A stretch of 63,044 nt of DNA, counting the filler, from Folioceros fuciformis (lineage: Eukaryota), in assembly GCA_049999805.1 (NCBI GenBank). It is 11 parts of 11 records of this genome, joined end to end, with 100 filler letters (N's around TTAATTAATTAA, not from the genome) between each part and the next. Parts side by side here need not be neighbours in the genome. Positions count along the whole stretch, not along the records: positions 52,192 to 55,134 come from JBNGIO010001719.1; positions 55,235 to 63,044 come from JBNGIO010001720.1; 9 more parts are not named here. One strand, given 5' to 3'. Made by a program: the position numbers and the translations under genes. Below the pieces are notes generated by a model, which searched no databases, was not told the origin of the DNA, and saw only the letters and a list, made by a program, of their open reading frames with translations. Positions within the stretch are counted from its first letter, which is position 1. Each line of letters begins with the position of its first letter. Shown here piece by piece: positions 53,940 to 63,044 of this stretch.

Positions 53940-55134
53940 GGAATTCTAAGCATCAACTCAAGGCCCAAGAATGGCCAACTTGGACCCAAATGGTACACTT
54001 GAGGGTTGCCCCTTTCTCATCCAATATCCGCCATATAGACCATTTGGAAAAGAGTCTTTACAGTGGACTGTAAGTACTCATACTGTTCACCAGAAAATGG
54101 CTTGCATTAAGTTAGCATATGATATGGCAAACAGGACAGATGATTTCTTGCAAGGGGAATAGGATAACTTCATTTTTCCAACCAAGTTTGTGAGAAGAGA
54201 CCATTAGAAAGCTCCCTTGCAAAGGGCGTACAAAGTCATAAACTCTAGCCTCGTAGAATATACAAAGTATAAGTGTGCTTACGAGCCTAAGGACAAAAAG
54301 CTTATTGGCAAGGAGTCCTTGCTAGACATGTCAACACGATTCAAAGTGGGAAAATGCAGTAAAAAAGCCCGGATAAATGCTGGTGAGAGCATGAAACGGG
54401 GTTGCCAATTTAATTTAATTTTTTTATTAGTCGTTTTGTCTATTGGCTTGTTGTTGCTCGAATTCGTGTACATGGTTGGTTCCATATTGATAGTGATAAT
54501 AACTTTTGTCATGAGCTCTTAGATTTTGATGGACCAACTAAGTTTCAATTAGCGCCTTCCCTAAGCAACACTAAAAGAGAGTGGGTAAAGCATAAGTTGC
54601 TTTGCAAATTAAGTCTACATGATATTCTTGGAGACCATGTGGCTCAAGTTTATGGCAAAAGGAAAGCTAATCGTAATTGTAAACTTCAACGAGATGATTA
54701 TTTGGTTATGAAGGACATTTGGAATCTTCAAAGTGAGTTGCAAGCAAGGTCTTGGAGGCTACACAATAATGACGCAGATAGTGTGTGTTTGTGGAAGGGC
54801 CTCCATTTAGTATGCGTTTTTCATTGTACTACATGATATCAAGGTACGTCTCCAAAGTTTATTCTTGGCATTCAAACTTCATTTCAACATAGTCTGATGC
54901 TAAAGTGGGGTCATAAGTTTTTAATCGCCATGGACGCCATATTTGGAACCAACAAATGGAAGGTAAAAACATCATGCTTTAGTTTAGGTGTTCATATTTT
55001 AAGTTAAGTTTTTATTTATTTATTTAAGCTCGTAAGTTCAATTATTTTATTAAGTTGTTAATTTAATAAACTAACCTAATGTTTAGCTTGCACGGTTTGT
55101 AGTTTCAATTATTCACTTGTCTAGTGTTCGACGA
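53940..55134 (+). mobile_element. Degenerate Mutator-like (MULE) transposase, 5' part
   Basis: KRGCQFN, RDDYLVMKDIWN, LHNNDADSV..W, FILGIQT..Q..LMLKWGH..LIAMDAIFGTNKWK|FQLFTCLVFD. This resembles the D(A/S)TFGTN first catalytic Asp motif of MULE/SWIM transposases. Contains stops and frameshifts; truncated by the gap. Confidence 0.8.
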
Positions 55135-55574
55135 NNNNNNNNNNNNNNNNNNNNNNNNNNNNNNNNNNNNNNNNNNNNTTAATTAATTAANNNNNNNNNN
55201 NNNNNNNNNNNNNNNNNNNNNNNNNNNNNNNNNNGTGTACGTGTATCCCTTCACCACTCCCTTGGGTGATTTTGGGACTCAGCAGAAGAGACTGAAAGTT
55301 CTGGAAGAGGAGCTTGGTTGGAGTTTACCTAGCTACGAGAATTCTCTACAAGATGTTTGAACTACAACAGCGTAGGCTGCGTTTTATTCCTTCTCCATAA
55401 CAGATTCATTGTACTACGCGACTGAGGAGCATCCCATTCCGTGGATAAATGCCTTTGTGTACAAGTTTGGAGATTTCAACTCTGCAGACTACTCCTACTT
55501 CTACGAAATTCCAAAGAGAGACAAAACTGATCTGAGCGTTGCCCAAATTCGGGAAAATGGATGAGAACCTAGCA

Positions 55575-56444
55575 CTAAACCGTGGTGTCCGTCTTCCCCT
55601 GGAAGGCAAGAGCAGGATCCAGACCCAAAGCTTCCAAGATGGATGCATTGGTAGGATGATCTGCAAAATTTTTCTGCCTGAAATCCAGCAAAACAGGCCC
55701 ACCTTTGGCCAACACGAAAGTTGCCCCTAGTTGCCTGCGCAAGTCAAATTCAACGTGGCGTTAGTAGATGGCCGTACACATCGGCAAACCTAGCTGTTGT
55801 AACATAGAGAACCAAGGCGTACCTTCCATCGCCCACGGTTTTGTTGTGTGGAAGGAAGCTGTATCTCTTGTAAGCTTCCTTCACTGACTTGTCGGTCAGC
55901 AGCATCTTCAAAGCACCGAGAGCGCCCACAGACTTGATTTGCAAAGCCGCGTGAATCTTCTTCCCATTGTCAACGTACAACTCCTTCCCCTTCCAAAATT
56001 CCCCCTTCACGAACTCTTCTACGCCAGTCTGCTCAATCCCTGTGATAGTAACCGGGTCAGCTGCAAACTCCAACGAAACCCAGAGCTCGCAACATCCCAA
56101 ACACAAGACCCACCTACAGCCACAACCCGCACTCCACTCTGCTCCAAAATGGGTACAATCTTGGAAAGCTCCAAAGCATTGCCCCTGCAAATCGGGCAAC
56201 CGAATCTGCGAAGAATATGGATAACAGCAGGCTGCAAGCACAGAACGCGACCAAAATTATCAGACTCTAAAAATTCCTGAACATGTGAAAAGGCCAAGCA
56301 GACCGGCAGGCACCATCAGCTCACCTGGTCTCGCCACAATGTGGCTATCTGTATAGTCTTCTCCTCTCCAGGCCCAGAGACCTTCTCCAGCTCAAGCTTC
56401 CCTATGGCATCAGCGATAGCTGTGGATCCCTTCCCCTGTCCCAT
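55575..56444 (-). CDS. Peroxiredoxin-like 2 (FAM213/PRXL2B-like, AhpC-TSA_2) thioredoxin-fold protein
   Basis: Spliced MGQGKG...LWRDQ|PAVIHILRRFGCPICR...VRVVAV|GIEQTGVEEF...LYVD...GDGR|QLGATFV...RQKNFADHP...TTV-stop; intact CxxC. Confidence 0.88.
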
Positions 56445-57219
56445 GCTGCTACAAGTTGATGAATGTCCCTGATAAGCCCAAGAGCCTCCTCCTATCGCGC
56501 GGTAGCTTAGCTGCAAAAAAAAACAGGGTGAATGCACTGGGGGTCTGCAGCAAACAGGCAGCCTCACTAGCGGATCCAATTGATGTTCCTGAAGACTTAG
56601 GAGCGTTGAGCAACCGACGCGTTTTATATTGAGTACAGTGTAGCACGCTGGCTCTCAAGCAGGAGGCTGCCAGCTCCCCGAGGAAATGGGCTGGATGCTC
56701 CTGCGTCTGACGCGCGGCAGCTTCCTGATACACGGCCATCCGGACGCTCCACCTTCGAAAGGACGCGGTCCACCCCGCTTGTCTCGGTAACTTCGTTGTC
56801 GAAACCAAGGCTCGCCACCAGTACTCTGAGTACAGGCTACTTGGTAGCCCCTCCGAGCAAAGCGACAACATCCTGTTTTCCTTTGGCATTTACTTTATGT
56901 AGTGAGGTCTCGGCTGGAGTACTACACACCAGAAAGACGTGGTGTGGTGACTTTGAGGAGACCTCCACCTTGCACAGCAGCTTCTCACTGGCTTAAGTAT
57001 GAGTGATGACCTTAGCAATGAGCATAAGGACGCAAGCACCAAGACTGAAAATCTTCCTCGCTCTTCTCAGAGGATAGGTGATGGCATGCACACTCCCGGA
57101 GGCCATCTCTGCAGGAGAGCGCATCGTTACAAAGAGTACTGAACCAGTTGCTGTTAAAGTGAGACCCTGTCAAGAAGGCTAGAACTCTCGTACTTGGGAT
57201 ACTGTTTCACATTCATCTT

Positions 57220-57960
57220 TCAGAAGAACAACGACGCCCAGGCTCCCATGAATGCCAACCCTCCGAAAGGAGCTGCTTTCGCGTACGATTTGTCCTCGAG
57301 AAACGCTACAGCATAGCATCTGCAATGTGGCACACGTTCTCTAAGCCTCAGCTGCTGACAATTTGGATCTCGCATCCTTCAGTATTCCCCCAACTGAGAT
57401 AACAACGCAGAGGTAAAGTATGAAACTCACGTCCCGGAAAAAGCAAAAATTCCAAACGTGAGGAGCCCACCGAACTGCACACACAGATCGGATTGTGATT
57501 TGGTCACGGAAAACCAGAGCTTCCAACTTCCACAGCAGTGGAGACTGAAAAAGAACAGGATCCAACGCTCACAACGTGAGGGTGCTTCGTCTGAGGGGCT
57601 CCGAGGAGAGCTGCCGTGTGGATGAAGTGATATAGGTTGGCTGTTTGCCAAACCTGCCAACATCCGGATCTACAGTGAGAAACATTGGCAACCCTAAACA
57701 AGCTCCAGGCAACATTCTCCTGGCATTCTAGCCCCTGTGCACTCAGAGAACTCACATCTTTGTATGCTGGATTCCTTGGCTTGAACATGTGAGATCCATA
57801 TGCCCCCAACCCCACTGCAATCAAGCCTGCAAGAAGCCATAACGAAACACTCGGGAGTGAAGCAAACCACAATTGCCAGATAGCAAGGCTGATTGAGGAG
57901 AATGAGAACGAATTGCACACCGGACACCGCGGCCACTTTGTGCCAGCGCTTCGGATCCAT
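57220..57960 (-). CDS. TMEM256/DUF423 small membrane protein
   Basis: Five exons: MDPKRWHKVAAVSG|LIAVGLGAYGSH..|VWQTANLYHFIHTAALL..|FGGLLTFGIFAFSGT|CYAVAFLEDK..APFGGLAFMGAWASLFF-stop. Confidence 0.92.
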
Positions 57961-58139
57961 GGAGTGTGAGGAAAACAAAGATGCCATCGAAGTCGGAAGA
58001 TGTTACGTCCAAGCTATCCTGCACTTCTTATAAGGATAAGAGCGAAGAAATCCATTACCGTCCCCTAGGAAATCCGTCCATAGACTGACTAGCAAAAGTA
58101 TGGAAGCTACTCAAAGTTAATGTGTCGATTAAGATCATG

Positions 58140-58212
58140 CACCCCCGGCGGGACTCGAACCCACAGTCCCCTGATTAGAAGTCAGATGCCTTATCCATTA
58201 GGCCACGGGAGC
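58140..58212 (-). tRNA. tRNA-Arg (anticodon UCU), intronless
   Basis: GCTCCCGTGGCCTAATGGATAAGGCATCTGACTTCTAATCAGGGGACTGTGGGTTCGAGTCCCGCCGGGGGTG folds as a cloverleaf; anticodon loop CTTCTAA; A and B boxes present. Confidence 0.96.
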
Positions 58213-58313
58213 TGCTTCTGGAAGTACTAAAGCTTAGAAAAATTCAACAAATTTGTTTTTTCCGACGAGTTCATATATCCACCCCGTCTTTGCCAGGGTC
58301 TGAGAACGCAGCT

Positions 58314-59096
58314 ATGGCGGGAGAAGAAGTGGAGGCGGCGCGCAACCCCGACTCCAAGGATCTGCAGCAGCAGAGCAAGGCCTTGGACTCACTGACGGAC
58401 CATGTGGAGGACCGTCAGCTTGATTCCACTCGAGTGCAACAGGTCCTGCCCTGACCGGAGTCTTGCAGCCTTGTCTCGATCATTTTGATAGTTTTGGAGC
58501 TTGTGGCAGACCTCGAACAGTCTACGAACCAATCAAAGAAGAAATTGCCTCGTAGACTGGTCGGGGATCGCTGATTGCGATATGGATGACGTTTTCATTG
58601 GCGTCTGCTTGTGACGTGGGGAGGCTGGCACATAGGGTTTCAATCCAGATGTGGTTTTAGGTGACGTGCTGACGGTTGTCCCATTGCTGTGGCCTTGTCA
58701 CGGCAGGCTATGGCATCCATTGCGGCCACTGCTGAAGCAGATCGTAACGCACAGAGGCTGAGGTCATCTGATTGTACTTTAGTCTGCAAGATCGAGTTTG
58801 CGTTGTGCGTGTAGCTTGGGGTCGAGGTATTTATGCGACTGCATGTCCACAGGGAGAAGGAATTGGCCTCTGTGAAGATCAATCCTGCTGACATCGATGT
58901 GATTGCTACTGAGCTTGAGGTACTGTATCTGAAGGTGTCCCGGATATGGTTGCTTCTGTGGCTCGCTTATGAGTACTCGCGTTACTCAGATTGCATGGTA
59001 TTTTTCTGCTTGTAGTTGGATAGGAAGGTCGCTGAAAGGAGACTGAGGGAGCATCTGGGTGACGCTACGGCTGCCATTCGCTCATTTCTCGTGTGA
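58314..59096 (+). CDS. HYPK: Huntingtin-interacting protein K (NatA-associated, C-terminal UBA-like domain)
   Basis: Four exons: MAGEE..DSKDLQQQSKALDSLTDHVEDRQLDSTRVQQ|AMASIA..QRLR|EKELASVKINPADIDVIATELE|LDRKVAERRLREHLGDATAAIRSFLV-stop. Missed by the ORF track because of introns. Confidence 0.92.
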
Positions 59097-59573
59097 TTCA
59101 ATAATTCCAACATTGACGAGGATGGGAAGATCCGCATGGTTGCAAAGTTCAGGCAAGTAGACCTGTGACGTATCGGGCGCATGCTGCTGTTGATCACCGT
59201 AGTGGGGGTTTTCAGTCTTTTTGACACACACTCCTTGTCATAATCAGATGGGAGGAATTAGGGGCCAGCAATGGTGGCATCCGTTTGTCTTACAGAGCTC
59301 CGAGTACCTAGTGGGCCCGAGGTTTTAACAATTTTGTTCTTTTGTTTTTCCAAGTTGCAAAGAAATCACATTCATGCTTCCACAAGCTCATCATTCGGCC
59401 TCCCAACGTGTTCGATGCATTCTTCATCCAATTTAGTGTCCCTCTGGCACAATTCTAGGGATTCTCGTATCTGTGATGGCCTGAGTGTGTGTCCCTTACA
59501 AGGATCCAGTCTCGCGTGGTACCTCCACCGGTGGTGCGCCCTCTCTCCTTCCCCCACCCTATGCTGCACCTTG

Positions 59574-61495
59574 CTATCTCATGCTCCAGCCCAGCATGAG
59601 CCCTGCACCAGCAAGGCTGAGGCCCAAGGTGAACGCCAGTCCCACCGTGGACTCCATTACAACACACGACCCTTCTGATCTCCACTTGATCGGTGACTGC
59701 TTCTCTTCTTGCATTTGCAGAAGCTGATACCTCACGGTATGCCCCTTGCCTGTGTTTCTCCAATGGTGGTGAGACAAGTGTTCCAGAGTCTTAATGGGAT
59801 TGAATGTGCTTTGTTGCACCCACACTGAGTTCTTTTTGCAAAATGCGCGCAAGCAGAAATTTTCGGCCTCCAATGAAGCCACACGGCGCCGGTAATACGT
59901 CAACGTCGCTGCTTCTCTGCAAAACATATGAGCAAGCTGCTCCTTCTCCCGGTTGGCAATCTCAGCTACTTTGCGAGCTTGCTTGGCGTCTTTCTCTGCC
60001 TCGCGAGCCCGGGTCTGAGAGCGGCACAGGGCTTGGCCCAGAAGCCCAGGTTCCCGCTCGAAGCAGCTGCTCTCTCCCTCCTCTCCGCCCCAACTTCCGC
60101 TCAGACTGGGTGTGACGTGAAAGCGAGACCAGGCAGTCAGTCCCTCAAACGCTTGCAGAATGGGAGGGTGAGGTGAACAAGGTAGGAAGCCGGCTCTTAC
60201 CTGTTCGGCCTTTGGGACTCATCTCGACTTGGAGAAGCAATGGCTGCAGTGTTAGAGGTCTCCGGCAGCTCTAGTTCTTTGTGCTGCAGACGGCCAGGTG
60301 CGACACTCATGCTGCTATTGCCGAAGATGATGCTCAGCAGAGTCGGGGGCAGCCCCAAGTTTTCCAGCTGGGTTTGATTGTCCTCACTGAACAAGGACTC
60401 CCTCTTCTTGTTCATAGATTGAGAGAGGCTCAGTTCATAGTAAGAGGGAAAACACGTCTTCATCTGCGGACTACTCTCACTGCTCTGAGGGGTGGGAAGA
60501 TCACAGTTTTCCAGGCAGTCAGAAGCCTTCTGCGCAACCAGAGCAGCGAGCTCGTGCTTACCAGCTGTTCGCCACCACACACTGCTCTCGGTCTGGGACT
60601 GGGACTTGTGCTCTGTAGGTGACGAGACTGCCACGAACCCATCAGTAGTAGCAGCAGGTAAGTCGCAGTTTTCCAGGCAATCTGCTGCCTTCTTGGCTAC
60701 CAGGGCAGCTAGTTCCTCTGGACTGGCAGTGCGCCACCACACTGTGCTTCCTGTTTGGAGCTTGGACGGGGTCCCTGGTGGCGACATGAAGGAGCTACAA
60801 ATAACACTGTTCCAGAACATCCTCGACTGATCATCATCGATACTGGATCTGTCCGGAAACCATATGCTCTCGCCGTCTCCAAGGTGCTCCATCCTGCTGC
60901 TGCTGCTGCTGTGGGAAGTGCCATTCTCACTGCTTCCTCCATCAATTTCTTGGCCTCCAGTGACAGGCACAAACTCGTCTTCCTCAAAGCTACGTCTCCA
61001 GCGTGGAACTGCAAAGGAGGAATCCGACGACTCCAACGAGGGGCAGTCAGCTTGGCGATCTACCACCACCTGCCACTCCAAGTCGAGGGCGGATTCTTCA
61101 GGTCTGGATGCCAGGTTAAGCAGGCCTGCAATCCCCTTGGCCGACATGTGTTTCTGTTCCTGCAGCTTCTCCGAGCCCTCCTCGAATCCTATGCACATTC
61201 TTGGACAGCGCACATGCCGGGAGGTGGAGAGCTTGGCGGGGATCTGAACTGCACTCCAGTGGTGGAACTCCAAGTTGCTCTCCGGAGGCGAGCGTGCGTC
61301 CAGAGCTGCCCAGCTGTCACTGAGAAACAAGGACTCGATCCCGTTGTGCTGGTCCTCTGGCCTGATGTGTGCAGATGCGTAGGCATACGGCAAGCGAGGC
61401 ATGCCCAGCTCCATGTCCATTTCCTCCTCCACCAAAAACTGCTCTGTCGACGCGCGAACCCAGACGGTTTGTGGCTGCGCACCCAGCACGTTCAT
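59574..61495 (-). CDS. Plant-specific uncharacterised tail-anchored protein (At1g01240/At2g46550-like)
   Basis: WWRTA...ELAALVAQK..DCLENCDLP motif (twice), QALCRSQTRAREAE coiled coil, C-terminal TM GLAFTLGLSLAGAGLMLGW. One short intron near 60160-60200. Confidence 0.85.
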
Positions 61496-63044
61496 GTTGT
61501 CGCCCTTGCTGCTGCTCGTTGTAGAGTCTCTGCACCATCAACAACGAAGGAATTGTTTAACCTCCAACTCATGATTTGCTACACACGACAACCTAATCCA
61601 CGCTCTGCTACGCAAAACATTTGAGCCCAATTCAGCCTAATCTACGCTCTGCTACACAAAAAATTCGAGCCCAATTCAGGCTGGTTTAGCAGCACGCGTG
61701 CTCAGTGTGGACGTTCACCTTCCGAACTGGCCATGCACCGCCATGCTTGTAACAACGCTGTGTTGCATTTGATTCAGTTATTCGACGATCATTTCAATCT
61801 CGCATGATTTCACGTTCCTCCAACTTCTCGATCCTGCGTACATGCATCGTGAGTCCGGATTCTTCGAGTAAGCCCATCATCTCCGGCTCCGACATAATAA
61901 CGCTACTAAATGATCACTGAACTCCACGCAAGCTCCACAAACGAACATAGCAGAATTCCCGAGTACCCGCCTTCTAACCTAAGAGACATTCCCCAAAAGA
62001 GGACGACGAGAGCCAAACAGGATCAAGCAACACGATGCCACACACTCCACACGGCAAAACAAAACTGCGTCCCTAATCGCCCACCATTTCTGCCCGGTGC
62101 CTGTCATATCCTCCACAACCCACAGTTCTTCGCAGCATCGATCCACAGCCAAGAAGGAACAGAAACCAAAGCGGCCCACTCTCCAGGCCAAGAACAATCC
62201 TCTCCTCAAACTCCCGAGTTCCCACCACCACACTTCCAGAGCCACAGGAACAGGCAAAGGACAACGCAATTGAGATCTGCTATCCAGGCAGTTTCTCCAA
62301 GTGACACAAAGACACTCTTGTCGCCCACCAGAGTCAGCAGGCTCCTCCCATGCACTTCTCTCGAAAGCAATGCGTGCCCATGATCCAAAACCTACTGCTG
62401 GTGCAATATTCCCAGCCCGGACTGATCGTGAACCCGTGCTAAACATGCTCACATACCTGCTTGGGCATCACGCCAAAGACAGTTGTCCCAGTTGGTGCGT
62501 CACGCAGTACGATGAACAGCATTTGGCGTCCTCCATCCCGCGTCATCCTCGTCCCCGACTACACTATGGCACCCCACCCGTGGAATGGTGATGAAAGCTG
62601 GCTGCCACGGGAGAGCTCCCGAAGCCATCCATGACCGGTGAGTACCTGAAACTACCGGGTGGTGCACCAGGTTCACCGGCCACCAGCCTGGTGTGCTCTT
62701 TAACTGTGGTTTCGCAACAACCGACAGCCCTTTTGTATAGTATCAGCTCGTCCCGTGCTGTTTCGACTAATGTCCGCTTGTTTGGGACCCGACCCATCCC
62801 GCCGCTTCCGAGTCTCAGCCATGGTCACTCCAAGAACCTGCAAGAACTGCTCCCCTCTCCCCGGCACATCTCATCCCATCTCACGCAGATCCCTTGCCAC
62901 CAGATCCACGAACCCGACGAATTTCACCTCCAACGTACACCGAATCCGCCTAAAATCACATGCATGCAAGATCCATGGCAGCGGCGCCGGACGCACCAGA
63001 GATTGGGTCTCCGCCTCCTCCGCATCAAGACGAGAGCGACTCCG

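Noticed and set aside
56185-56215. Selenoprotein U-like recoding in the PRXL2 gene
   Set aside because: The motif is encoded as ordinary Cys-Pro-Ile-Cys with no in-frame TGA.
60755-61624. 289-aa plus-strand ORF
   Set aside because: Antisense to a recognisable gene, no ATG start, no domain.

Overview
Eukaryotic nuclear DNA from a seed-free land plant with flagellated sperm. This is inferred from IFT46 next to plant-specific SKU5-like and At1g01240-like genes; the compact genes with short introns look bryophyte/hornwort-like. The window consists of 11 segments joined by ten identical artificial 100-nt linkers (44N-TTAATTAATTAA-44N), so adjacency across them is unproven. Gene-rich segments carry a three-RRM RAVER-like RNA-binding protein, a Gly-X-Y/GGX-repeat protein of unknown function, an alpha-glucan phosphorylase, a SKU5-similar protein and IFT46. 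A tight cluster follows: PRXL2B-like, TMEM256-like, tRNA-Arg(UCU), HYPK and an At1g01240-like gene. Repeat-rich segments hold decayed Ty1/copia elements (one with a nested LTR), a MULE-type transposase remnant and several minisatellites. The most notable observations are the RAVER-like protein with a PTB-interaction-like motif (a system characterised in animals), the glycine-repeat gene, and a phosphorylase whose motifs look more like fungal/amoebozoan glycogen phosphorylase than plant PHS1/PHS2. All family comparisons rest on remembered motifs, not database searches.
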